Shown one piece after another: positions 7,815 to 16,419 of a stretch of DNA of 33,684 bases. Positions within the stretch are counted from its first letter, which is position 1, and the number at the start of each line of letters is the position of its first letter. The DNA lies in assembly GCA_001823505.1 (NCBI GenBank), contig MHUS01000016.1, forward strand, positions 4,555 through 38,238, in the 5' to 3' direction. The DNA is from Candidatus Yonathbacteria bacterium RIFCSPHIGHO2_01_FULL_51_10. GTDB taxonomy: Bacteria > Patescibacteriota > Minisyncoccia > Phycocordibacterales > UBA1539_B. A program made the position numbers and the translations under genes. Below the pieces are notes generated by a model. That model had not been told where the DNA came from and did not search any database. It worked only from the letters and a program-made list of their open reading frames with translations.

Positions 7815-8762
7815 CTATTGAAACTCTGCAATGCAGATGTTGAACGCATTCACCTGCGCGTTGTATTGCGCAACGATCTCGCGTACTTTTACCACCAGAG
7901 CATTATAATCACGCACGATCGCATTGTATTCTTGTACTTTTGTGTTATGCGTGGAGTCTCCGGGAGGCAATGCATCAAGCTCTTGTTTTCGTGAAGTTAG
8001 CTCCGCCTCAACCACGGCAAGCTGCGCCTTGCTTGTTTGGATCACGGCAGCAAGCTCTGTGTTTACCTCGGGGCAATCAGAACGCGGCGTACCAAACTCC
8101 TGCACTCCAACCCACACCGTACGACCCTCGTACGTGCCTTGCTTCACCGCAACACCGATCTCGCGATAGTGTGTGTTCAAGATATTTGCGCGATGACCGG
8201 GGCTTGCCATCCATGCGTCAATGATCTCTTGATCGCTCGCAAACCCGCCAAGCGCGAGGTTTTCCCCCTCAATGATATATTCATACCCCGCGGAGGTTGC
8301 CAGATCGCCAGGTCCAACTCCCGACGGCGACACGTGCTCAAAGTACTGCTTCGCAAAAATATCATCTGCCTTTGCCAACGCCGCTGCATTAAGTTTTGTG
8401 TTTTCAGTCAGTATTTCGGCGCCAATTTTCGCTCGCTCGTTATTGGTAAGTGTAATGACTCCCGATCGAGTGAGCGCGGTGGAAGGAGACGAAGAAACTG
8501 CAGTTTTGGCGCGAAGAGGCCCCGGGGTGGTAACAGCATTGAGTGCTTGTTTCGCTGAATTGATAACTCCCACTGGCGTCGTACTTGCGACATCACTCAC
8601 ATCACTGATCTTTTGAAGCACATCTCCCCCGGAAGAAACAATGCGGTTGAAAAATGAGGTCACGGTCGCCGTGCATGCGCCATCACGGCACCATAGTGCA
8701 CCGCCAAGAATAATTCCTGCAAAAAGCCCCACAAACAAAATTCGTGTAATTGACCACTTCAT
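7815..8762 (-). CDS. CAP/SCP (YkwD-like) domain protein with N-terminal TM anchor and C-terminal coiled coil
   Basis: YFEHVSPSG, GENLA, AWMASPGHRANIL and EIGVAV are CAP-domain hallmarks. Start set at MKWSITR (ATG 8762) so it does not overlap the ABC permease. Confidence 0.8.
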   Translation of the reverse strand: MKWSITRILFVGLFAGIILGGALWCRDGACTATVTSFFNRIVSSGGDVLQKISDVSDVASTTPVGVINSAKQALNAVTTPGPLRAKTAVSSSPSTALTRSGVITLTNNERAKIGAEILTENTKLNAAALAKADDIFAKQYFEHVSPSGVGPGDLATSAGYEYIIEGENLALGGFASDQEIIDAWMASPGHRANILNTHYREIGVAVKQGTYEGRTVWVGVQEFGTPRSDCPEVNTELAAVIQTSKAQLAVVEAELTSRKQELDALPPGDSTHNTKVQEYNAIVRDYNALVVKVREIVAQYNAQVNAFNICIAEFQ

Positions 8763-8766
8763 AATA

Positions 8767-9543
8767 TTATGCGCGCAAGCGCCAACCCTTATGGAATAAA
8801 TATCCGACAAGCGCCGCAAGCAACGCTATGATCGCAAAGATGATGAAAACTCCCAGAACGGTGTTGCCCTCACGAACCCCGGTCATTGAGTACCGCGTTC
8901 CATCAACAAAATAAAAGAAGGGGTTTATGCGGGCAAACACCTGCAGCGCCGGCGGGTACATCGCGATCGAGTTAAACACCCCTCCCAAGAACGAAAGGGG
9001 CATGAGAATGAACGCGTTGGGTGCGGCAATTTGCTCAAATGACTTCGCCCACAGCCCGGCAAGTACCCCCAAAAGTGCAAAGAGCGTGGAGATCGTGACA
9101 GTATAGAAAAAGAACCACCAAAGATGCGCAAACCCGGCAGCCCCGAATAAAACACCGATGACAAGAACACCGGCTCCCACCACCACGCCGCGCATGATCC
9201 CTCCCAGTGTGTACCCTATGATCATTTCAAAATGCGAGAGAGGCGTAACAAGGATCTCCTCAATAGCACGGGTGAACCGATGGAAGTACAGCGAGGAAGA
9301 CGTCTGCGCAAATGCGGCACCAATGACGCTCATCATGAGAACGCCGGGAAGCACGAAGTTGATGTACGGAATACCGCCAATGTTCTGGACGGTCTTGCCC
9401 AACACTTGGCCGAAAATAAAAATATAAAAGAGGGCGCTCAAAAGCGGCGTGATGATCGTCTGCACCGGGACACGAAAACAGCGTTGCATCTCACGCGCAA
9501 CGAATGTCTGTAGCCCTATCCAATTGATGCTCGTTGATTTCAT
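8767..9543 (-). CDS. ABC-2 type transporter permease
   Basis: 258 aa with six predicted TM segments. There is a 4-nt overlap (ATGA) with the upstream ATPase gene. Confidence 0.85.
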   Translation of the reverse strand: MKSTSINWIGLQTFVAREMQRCFRVPVQTIITPLLSALFYIFIFGQVLGKTVQNIGGIPYINFVLPGVLMMSVIGAAFAQTSSSLYFHRFTRAIEEILVTPLSHFEMIIGYTLGGIMRGVVVGAGVLVIGVLFGAAGFAHLWWFFFYTVTISTLFALLGVLAGLWAKSFEQIAAPNAFILMPLSFLGGVFNSIAMYPPALQVFARINPFFYFVDGTRYSMTGVREGNTVLGVFIIFAIIALLAALVGYLFHKGWRLRA

Positions 9544-10289
9544 TTTGTAGTTTTGTTATCAACATCATCGCGCGTGAGCTCCAAATACCGGTGCTCTAAG
9601 CGCTTCCCTCCGCTGGTAAATTCACTTTTATCACCAATGGCGACCAGCTTGCCCTTGTTGATGATCGCAATGCGGCTGCAAAGAAGCTCCACCTCTTCCA
9701 GATAGTGCGAGGTGAGGATGATCGTCTTGCCGGCCTCATTCAGTTCTTGGAGATACCCCCAGAGTTCGTGCCGAAGCTCCACATCCACCCCCGCCGTCGG
9801 CTCGTCAAGGATCAAAAGCTCCGGATCATGAACCATCGCGCGGGCAAGAAGTACGCGCCGTTTGAGCCCGCCGGAGAGCATGCCGAATTCTTTTTCAGCA
9901 TGCGACTCAAGGTCAAAGCGCTTGAGGAGCTCATTGATACGCGGTTCGCGGATCGTACGCGACATGCCATAAAACCCACCCATGAAGTGGAGGATCTTAC
10001 GCGGTGACGCAAAGATGTCGATGTTGAATTCTTGAGGGGCAAGGCCGACCAATTTGCGCGCATTGCGGTAATCTTTGACCACATCAACGCCAAACACGTT
10101 GATCGCACCCTCATCAAAACGTGCGATCCCCGTGATCGCGTTGATTGTTGTGCTCTTTCCTGCGCCATTCTTACCGAGGAAGCCAAAGAACTCTCCTTTT
10201 TTAATAGAAAGTGACAAGTCATCCACGGCAATGTTTAGCCCGTAGCGCTTAGTAAGGTGACTGATCTCGAGTGCGTTCATGGGGGACAT
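9540..10289 (-). CDS. ABC transporter ATP-binding protein (ABC-2 exporter type)
   Basis: Walker A GKNGAGKST, signature LSGGLKRR, Walker B LLILDEPT. Start set at MSPMNALEISHL (ATG 10289). The longer track ORF begins inside a terminator hairpin. Confidence 0.9.
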   Translation of the reverse strand: MSPMNALEISHLTKRYGLNIAVDDLSLSIKKGEFFGFLGKNGAGKSTTINAITGIARFDEGAINVFGVDVVKDYRNARKLVGLAPQEFNIDIFASPRKILHFMGGFYGMSRTIREPRINELLKRFDLESHAEKEFGMLSGGLKRRVLLARAMVHDPELLILDEPTAGVDVELRHELWGYLQELNEAGKTIILTSHYLEEVELLCSRIAIINKGKLVAIGDKSEFTSGGKRLEHRYLELTRDDVDNKTTK

Positions 10290-10311
10290 TGTAGCATATT
10301 CTAACAAAGTT

Positions 10312-10344
10312 GGCCGCCGAATGTCCGTAGAACATTCGGCGGCC
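10312..10344 (-). terminator. Stem-loop terminator after the small 10350..10553 gene
   Basis: Perfect 13-bp stem GGCCGCCGAATGT/ACATTCGGCGGCC with a 7-nt loop, starting 5 nt after the stop. AACUUUGUU follows on the minus strand. Confidence 0.65.
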
Positions 10345-10349
10345 ATTGA

Positions 10350-10553
10350 TCACACGAGCTGACCTGCGTAGCATTCAAGCAATACCTTCTTTTCACCGTT
10401 GATCAAAAAGACCCGGGCCAAAACCCCCGTCTCACAACGCGCCGTACTCTTGTATTCCTGAGCCATTTCACGAACCTGCTTACTCTCAGCATCAGACAAT
10501 TCGAGTGGCGGTGCGACCCACAACAGAAGGGTAAACGTAGCGGCTGTAAGCAT
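10350..10553 (-). CDS. Small secreted or membrane-anchored protein (67 aa), two Cys
   Basis: GGAGG lies 6 nt upstream of the ATG at 10553. The hydrophobic N-terminus is MLTAATFTLLLWVAPP. No family recognised. Confidence 0.5.
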   Translation of the reverse strand: MLTAATFTLLLWVAPPLELSDAESKQVREMAQEYKSTARCETGVLARVFLINGEKKVLLECYAGQLV

Positions 10554-10648
10554 AGCATACCTCCCCATTCAAATGATACGAGTAACCCAAAGAAAATAGT
10601 ACCGCCCATGGCAAGAAAAAACAAGCCAACGCATGGTACCATACCCCC

Positions 10649-11221
10649 ATGTCAAAAGCCGAGCAACTCGCGGAGATAAATACTCGCTGGACGCGCAACT
10701 GCACGTGCGCGCTCCGCAATACCGCGACACAAGCCGTGCCGGGCGATGGTAACCCCAATGCCGATATCGTGTTCATCGGTGAGGCTCCTGGTAAGTCAGA
10801 AGATGCCGTAGGCAAGCCCTTCGTCGGCGCTGCGGGGAAATTTTTAAATGAGATGCTCTCCGAGGTCAATATGAAGCGCGAGGATGTGTACATCACGAAC
10901 ATCGTGAAGTATCGCCCTCCGAATAATCGTGACCCCTTGCCCGAAGAAGTCGCGGCGTGCTCTCCGTGGCTCCTTGAGCAACTACAAACCATCAATCCAA
11001 AACTCATCGTCTTTCTTGGCCGTCACGCACTTAATCGGTTTTTTCCTAAAGCGAAGATCGGTGAAGTGCACGGGGAAATGCTACAACAAAACATCGACGG
11101 CATCCCTGCAAAAAATTTCCTCCCACTATACCACCCCGCCGCCGCACTCTATAACGGTTCTCTTCGCGCCGTCCTTCTTGAGGATTTCAAAAAGATCCCG
11201 CGGATGCTTGCGGTAAATTAA
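10649..11221 (+). CDS. udg: Uracil-DNA glycosylase, family 4
   Basis: GEAPG motif (IVFIGEAPGKSED), FVGAAGKFL, and a C-terminal HPAA motif (LYHPAAALY). Cys residues near the N-terminus and middle are consistent with the family-4 Fe-S type. Confidence 0.9.
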   Translation: MSKAEQLAEINTRWTRNCTCALRNTATQAVPGDGNPNADIVFIGEAPGKSEDAVGKPFVGAAGKFLNEMLSEVNMKREDVYITNIVKYRPPNNRDPLPEEVAACSPWLLEQLQTINPKLIVFLGRHALNRFFPKAKIGEVHGEMLQQNIDGIPAKNFLPLYHPAAALYNGSLRAVLLEDFKKIPRMLAVN

Positions 11222-11225
11222 CAAC

Positions 11226-11256
11226 AAAAAAGCCGGGTTAATAACCCGGCTTTTTT
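11226..11256. terminator. Bidirectional Rho-independent terminator between convergent genes
   Basis: AAAAAA-GCCGGGTT-aat-AACCCGGC-TTTTTT. Serves udg (+) and the 11273..12364 gene (-). Confidence 0.85.
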
Positions 11257-11272
11257 GTTTGAGAACTAGATC

Positions 11273-12364
11273 TTATAGTCCGATATTGATCTGCCCCTCG
11301 GCATCCACCTGAATTCCACCCCCTCTTTCTTCCCCCTGCCCATTATTGGATCCGCTATTGCCCTTATCTTCATTTGATTGGTCGTCAGATCCTTTAACAC
11401 GCAGACTGCCGTTTACCGTAGTTGAGGCATTGCTGTTGTCGTTGTCGTCGTCTTCTCCTTCGTCATTCCCATGCGACCGCTGAACAGAACCGGTGGTTGT
11501 ACCCATGAACCCAATGCTCAGAGAATCTTCCTGACCGCTTTCATCTTCATCATCTTCTATTTTGATCTTAAGATCGCCTTCCGCATCACCCAAATGCTTC
11601 GCTTCCTGTGCGAGGCGCAGAGCATTTTGATACGCGATAAAGGCCTCACTGTATAAGCCCGCTGTGGCTTTGGTGTCTCCAAGCACGATCGCGTCTTGCG
11701 CGGCTTTTACCTGCACCGCAACCGCAGAGGTAGATGATGCCGTAACGTCAACCCCCTGACGCGAAAGATAGTTGGTTACCTCATCGATCTTGTGTTGTGC
11801 TGCTACGCGTTTGTTCGCAGACGCTTCCTGCATGCCTACGCCATTCATTGCAGCGATCTTGGCGCCAATTTCTTCATCAGTGCTTGAGGCAACCCCACTG
11901 GCATTATCAAGTCTAAGCGTAAAAGCTGCGAGTGCACCATGGTCATCCTCACCACTGTTTGATGCGTCGATGTCGCCGAGGATCTTGTGGTGCGCCTCTA
12001 TGGTCGCCCCCATCTCCGCATTGAGATTCGCCGCCGCAATGCTATTTCCTAAATTTATTTTTGTAATTCGTTTTTGCGCTTCATTGATATGTTGATCAAG
12101 AAGCTCGTTGATCGTTGCCTGTGTCGTTGAGCTCAGACGTCCATTAACCACAAGCTTTTCCGCCTCGCTCAAACGCCGGTCAGTAAACTTAATGTTCAAC
12201 TCCGCTTGTCCTTGGTCCGTAACCGTGAGCAAATTTTCGACTGCTTCATTCACGTTAACCTTGACCGAATAGAGCGCCTCACCGGGGAGTGACCCTTGCG
12301 CGGCGACAGAAACCCCTCCTCCCCCCAGCCCGACGATCAGCGCGATAATAAGTCCAAGTGGCAT
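11273..12364 (-). CDS. DUF5667-like membrane-anchored protein with acidic low-complexity C-terminal tail
   Basis: N-terminal TM helix, then SLPGEALYSVKVNVNEAVENL...FTDRRLSEAEKLVVNGRL. This aligns with the same block in the 13521..14747 paralog. The tail is rich in D/E/N/G/S. Confidence 0.7.
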   Translation of the reverse strand: MPLGLIIALIVGLGGGGVSVAAQGSLPGEALYSVKVNVNEAVENLLTVTDQGQAELNIKFTDRRLSEAEKLVVNGRLSSTTQATINELLDQHINEAQKRITKINLGNSIAAANLNAEMGATIEAHHKILGDIDASNSGEDDHGALAAFTLRLDNASGVASSTDEEIGAKIAAMNGVGMQEASANKRVAAQHKIDEVTNYLSRQGVDVTASSTSAVAVQVKAAQDAIVLGDTKATAGLYSEAFIAYQNALRLAQEAKHLGDAEGDLKIKIEDDEDESGQEDSLSIGFMGTTTGSVQRSHGNDEGEDDDNDNSNASTTVNGSLRVKGSDDQSNEDKGNSGSNNGQGEERGGGIQVDAEGQINIGL

Positions 12365-12471
12365 AGTTTAAAAAATTATTGCTTGATAATACACACTCCT
12401 CGAAGACGCAGGAACACCTCATCTCTTACACTCTTATATCTTCCCATGTAATGAAGATCTCGGCAACGACA

Positions 12472-13491
12472 CTACAGACCGAAACTTTTCATGCTATGCA
12501 TAATGACATAGCCCACAAGAGCCCCCACTACAAGCAACGGTATCGCGATAAAGAGATTGAGCGCACCCCGAGGATGATCGGTCCTCGTACTCACCTCAAG
12601 GCGCGACTCACGAAGCGAGGTGTACAATGCGTAACCGTATGCGAACATATAAATATTCACCGTCGTCGTAACGATAAGAGAGACCGCTTGCGCAACAATA
12701 AGAGCATTGGGAGAAACAATGATTTTAACAATGGTACTCATTGCCGCATTGACAGCGAAGACCACTGCCATAGCCGCCAGCATCCGTCCAAAAACCGCCC
12801 ACCAACGCCCGGCCACATACGCCTTGCTCTTGGCGAGAGCATAGATCCCCCGATCTCCCTCAACCACCACCACAAAACGCGCGGCGACAAGCCAAATGCC
12901 CACGATAATTCCCGGGATGATCGCAAGGAAGATGCCGCCCAAAACCGCGAAGGCCGAGAGAATACTCACCCAAAACAACGCCGGAATTTTACTCCATCCA
13001 TATCGGTAGGAACCAAAAACGCCATTGTCCGCCATATCATCCCGCACAGCATAGAGCATCGCCGCACCAATCCACAAAGCGATGATGATCAAAACAACTG
13101 CTCCAATGCCCACCAAGGCAAGAAGTTGTTTTGTGACAAAACTCCATGCGGCAATTTGAAAAATGGTGACTACCCCGAAGGCGAACGCTGCTGCAAAAAG
13201 AATCGCCAAGGGAATGCCCCCCAACACGAGGACGCCGAAGAGCACCCACCCTCGTTTTTTAAAGATCTCCCATGCGCGCGAAAACAGCTCATGAACACTC
13301 GCGAGGGATCCTCCATGAGTAAGATTCGTAGCGGTGGACGCCATGCGTGAGTCGATACCCGCCGCATGAAATGCCGTATCAATATCGGCAAGCGGCCATC
13401 CCTGAGCCAAGAGCGAACTTCGCACATCCCCGGATGCCACACCGCGCGCAAGCTCACTCTTTACATATTCAACAAGTTCGGGATTTGGCAT
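12472..13491 (-). CDS. Polytopic membrane protein with a small soluble N-terminal domain, function unknown
   Basis: 339 aa. The N-terminus is MPNPELVEYVKSELARGVASGDVRSSLLAQGWPLADIDTAFHAAG, followed by about 7 hydrophobic segments. Confidence 0.7.
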   Translation of the reverse strand: MPNPELVEYVKSELARGVASGDVRSSLLAQGWPLADIDTAFHAAGIDSRMASTATNLTHGGSLASVHELFSRAWEIFKKRGWVLFGVLVLGGIPLAILFAAAFAFGVVTIFQIAAWSFVTKQLLALVGIGAVVLIIIALWIGAAMLYAVRDDMADNGVFGSYRYGWSKIPALFWVSILSAFAVLGGIFLAIIPGIIVGIWLVAARFVVVVEGDRGIYALAKSKAYVAGRWWAVFGRMLAAMAVVFAVNAAMSTIVKIIVSPNALIVAQAVSLIVTTTVNIYMFAYGYALYTSLRESRLEVSTRTDHPRGALNLFIAIPLLVVGALVGYVIMHSMKSFGL

Positions 13492-13520
13492 ATATTTGTA
13501 GTATATATTGCTATACCCTA

Positions 13521-14747
13521 TTATCGCAGTAAATTACTGATTGGTGCAAAGAAGTTATCCCCAGAGCTATTTTTGTGTTGCGACTCCTCCTGATCTTCAT
13601 CCGTCTCTTTTGTGTCCGCAGGAATGGGCGTGGGCTCAGAGTTGCTGGTTGAAGTTCCCGTTTCTGTGCCGCCCTCAAGGGACGGCGCGGATGGTATCTC
13701 GGTCGGCGGCGCTGGTGTCGAGGTTTCGATCACTGAAGAGAGCTCCTCCTCATCGTCTTCTTCGTCGAGGGCGGGCACTCCGACACGAACGTTGAATTTA
13801 TGTTCGAGCTTCTTGATGTTCTGCGCTTCTTTGGTGAACTTCACCCCTTCCGTAAAAGAGCGCAGTGCCTCACTATACTTCCCCTCCTTTAACTGCTGCT
13901 CGCCTTCGCTCACCTTCCCTGTTGCCGACGTTAATGCGCGCACAGCCGCAGAATCCTCACCGGAAGAAGCATCCTCAGAGACAACCGCTTGAGCCGCTAT
14001 GATACCGGCTGCTGCCTGCGCTTTTTTCTCTTCCGCATTTTTTTGTATGACACCGTCATCCGACACTTCTTCGCTGTGTCCATTCTGTTCTTGACCAGAC
14101 ACCATCGCAAAGACGTTGAGTGTCGTCCGGGCACTTACCGCCGCCGCGAGCTGCACAACATTCTCTCGCTCATCATTCTCAGGAGCTTGTTGTGCGATCG
14201 CGGACAAAACCTGCCCATGAGCGCTGAGTGTTGCTTCCATGTCGGAAATAATCTGGCTACTGTCGGCAACCTCACCCTCTGCCTTAATTGAGGCCATGTA
14301 TGATTCCACATTGCCGACATGTTCGTTCATTCCCGCCTCAAGCGATATCTTTGTTTCTGTGGTAAGACGCCCCTCCACGGCAAGTTGTTCTGCCTCCTGA
14401 AGACGACGGTCCACCAAATCAACCTCAACCACCGCCTTAGTGTAGGACGTTTGTGCGAGAGCAATACGGACAGGTTCATTGATTGAGACCTTGATCGGAT
14501 AAAGTATATCGCCCGGTAATGCCCCCTCAGCGGCATACGACACCGTGCTTCCAATGAGAAGCGCACTGATAACGCTCCCTGCGGCAAGCACGCGAGAACG
14601 AACACTCAGGTCAAACAAAGAGCCCCGAGTGCTATGCATTAACACTCCCGTTCGACGCACAATAACAGCACGCATTGCGCGCTTTTCATTCGCAGTGAGT
14701 CGAACTGAACGCATCATATAAAAAATGTTTTGAAAATCGTTATTCAT
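13521..14747 (-). CDS. Putative anti-sigma factor: short cytoplasmic N-terminus, TM helix, DUF5667-like ectodomain, acidic/Pro-rich tail
   Basis: The start overlaps the stop of the ECF sigma gene by 8 nt. TM segment VLAAGSVISALLIGSTVSYA, then ALPGDILYPIKVSINEPVRIAL...LVDRRLQEAEQLAVEGRL. No zinc-binding HxxxCxxC anti-sigma motif. Confidence 0.65.
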   Translation of the reverse strand: MNNDFQNIFYMMRSVRLTANEKRAMRAVIVRRTGVLMHSTRGSLFDLSVRSRVLAAGSVISALLIGSTVSYAAEGALPGDILYPIKVSINEPVRIALAQTSYTKAVVEVDLVDRRLQEAEQLAVEGRLTTETKISLEAGMNEHVGNVESYMASIKAEGEVADSSQIISDMEATLSAHGQVLSAIAQQAPENDERENVVQLAAAVSARTTLNVFAMVSGQEQNGHSEEVSDDGVIQKNAEEKKAQAAAGIIAAQAVVSEDASSGEDSAAVRALTSATGKVSEGEQQLKEGKYSEALRSFTEGVKFTKEAQNIKKLEHKFNVRVGVPALDEEDDEEELSSVIETSTPAPPTEIPSAPSLEGGTETGTSTSNSEPTPIPADTKETDEDQEESQHKNSSGDNFFAPISNLLR

Positions 14748-15267
14748 TTGTTCTTAGTAATTTCCGAAGCTCATTGATCCCGCGGTGAAGTCGCACTGAC
14801 ACCGCATTTTCTGTTTCTTTGGTAAGTGCGGCGATGTCCTTCACACTCATGTCATCAATATACCGCAACACGAGGGCTTCGCGTACATGATCGGGAAGTT
14901 TCTCCATAGCATGTTCCACCTCCGTCATCTCAACCGCGCGAATAATTCCCTCATGTGCTCTCGTATCTTCCGTATCAAACCCATCCTCCTCACGAAGGAG
15001 GTCGAGGGAAAGCCCGTGTTTCCTGCGGCCGCGATACTCGTCAATGATCAAATTCCGCGCGACCCGATACAAGAGTGCCTGCATGTTTTCCACCTCGTCC
15101 TCAGCGTGTTTTTGTAAATACTCCCATACCCGCACAAACACCTCTTGCGACAGCTCCTTTGCCCGCTCGCGGTCATTCACACGGAAAAAGCAGTGCCGAA
15201 AGATAGCATCCGCATACTCGTCGTAGGCAGAAAGAAAGACCTGTTCCATGTGCTTTGGGGTACTCAT
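14740..15267 (-). CDS. ECF-type sigma-70 family RNA polymerase sigma factor
   Basis: Region 2 is FRHCFFRVNDRERAKELSQEVFVRVWEYL. Region 4 is REALVLRYIDDMSVKDIAALTKETENAVSVRLHRGINELRKLL. Start set at MSTPKHMEQ (ATG 15267). Confidence 0.85.
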   Translation of the reverse strand: MSTPKHMEQVFLSAYDEYADAIFRHCFFRVNDRERAKELSQEVFVRVWEYLQKHAEDEVENMQALLYRVARNLIIDEYRGRRKHGLSLDLLREEDGFDTEDTRAHEGIIRAVEMTEVEHAMEKLPDHVREALVLRYIDDMSVKDIAALTKETENAVSVRLHRGINELRKLLRTNE

Positions 15268-15383
15268 ACAATAAGACGTGGAGAAACTCAAAGTATTACA
15301 AAGGGGGCTATTATGCAAGCCCTGTAGCAAAAACCTCATTGCTTTCTACTGCGGGGCCTGCTCGATGTATACAAGAGAGGTCG

Positions 15384-16325
15384 TTACGCACGCGTACGAT
15401 TCGCCATCACCGATTTATTGAAAAAATATCCTATGATAAGTATTGCGGCTACGGGAGAAAGCCATGATGGGACGTGCACCCCGAATGCTTCAAGCATCAT
15501 AATGCTACCCAGAAATCCTATAGAATACATAGCGCCATTTTTGAGATACTTATATGACCGGATCCGATCAATATTGTGTACGGTGAGTTGTCGTAGGACG
15601 ATCGCGCCAATACCGTTGCCGATCAAAATAAGCGGCACAATAGTGGTGAAGGCAAATGCACCAACGACACCGTCAATGCTGAACGTAAGGTCAAGCACCT
15701 CAAGAAATGCGACTTTCGCCCAGTCGGACATAGCGCTCGTCTCTCCGTCCGCGATGAGGCGTTCCTCCATTTTTGCGGCGTTTTCCTTGAACCCCTCAGT
15801 AACGAAGAAAGCTCCGAAGCCGATCGCCGCCGCAAGCGCAAGTGGCATTGCTTGTTCTCCCGCGCCATTGTTAAGTGCCATCATCACCCCAATAAGAAGT
15901 AGTGCAGCAACTGAATAGAACCAGACTGCGCCAAACCGCAGAATGGGGCGTTCCAGAGGAAGTCCGAACTCCTTGTCTTCGACAAAAAGCCAGTGAAGCG
16001 AAAGAAGGATCAGGAACATTCCCCCGGCAATCAAAATGAGTGGCGTCGAAGCGTGAATCGCAGCGGCCACACTTGGGTCACTCGACCACATTGCTTGGAA
16101 TGCACCAAAAACGCCTATGTTTGGATTCGCAAAAAAAACAATGAGCGACGGCAAAAGCCCGCGCACCACGAACACCGCAAAAAGAATCCCCCAAAACAAA
16201 AAGAACTTCCGGGCCTTCTCGCTTTTCATTGTCGCAAGCACGTCAGCATTCACGACTGCGTTGTCAATACTTGAGACAACCTCAAACACGATCAGGCCAA
16301 TAATAATCAGAATAAGTTCTATCAT
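15384..16325 (-). CDS. TerC/DUF475-family integral membrane protein
   Basis: Repeated SIDNAVVNA and LTFSIDGVVGAFA motifs within a polytopic protein. Start set at MIELILIII (ATG 16325) because the longer track ORF overlaps tRNA-Val. Confidence 0.7.
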   Translation of the reverse strand: MIELILIIIGLIVFEVVSSIDNAVVNADVLATMKSEKARKFFLFWGILFAVFVVRGLLPSLIVFFANPNIGVFGAFQAMWSSDPSVAAAIHASTPLILIAGGMFLILLSLHWLFVEDKEFGLPLERPILRFGAVWFYSVAALLLIGVMMALNNGAGEQAMPLALAAAIGFGAFFVTEGFKENAAKMEERLIADGETSAMSDWAKVAFLEVLDLTFSIDGVVGAFAFTTIVPLILIGNGIGAIVLRQLTVHNIDRIRSYKYLKNGAMYSIGFLGSIMMLEAFGVHVPSWLSPVAAILIIGYFFNKSVMANRTRA

Positions 16326-16334
16326 ACGTTTTTG

Positions 16335-16408
16335 TGCACCCTGGAAGATTCGAACTTCCGACCCCTGCAATGTGAATGCAGTGCTCTAACCAGCTGAGCT
16401 AAGGGTGC
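16335..16408 (-). tRNA. tRNA-Val (anticodon CAC), no encoded CCA
   Basis: Cloverleaf: GCACCCT-TA-GCTC-AGCTGGTTA-GAGC-A-CTGCA-TTCACAT-TGCAG-GGGTC-GGAAG-TTCGAAT-CTTCC-AGGGTGC-A. Confidence 0.9.
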
Positions 16409-16419
16409 GTGGTATTTCT

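Noticed and set aside
10290-10346. N-terminal extension of the ABC ATPase ORF
   Set aside because: The extra codons (MAAECSTDIRRP...) are the 13-bp terminator hairpin of the upstream gene read as protein. The conserved ABC N-terminus begins at 10289.
12379-13350. 323-aa + strand ORF
   Set aside because: It is fully antisense to the 339-aa polytopic membrane protein gene. Its composition is extremely basic (R/H/N/K), it has no motifs, and it starts inside an intergenic region with no RBS.
16326-16370. N-terminal extension of the TerC/DUF475 ORF
   Set aside because: It overlaps the 3' half of tRNA-Val(CAC). MIELILIII at 16325 is the plausible start.
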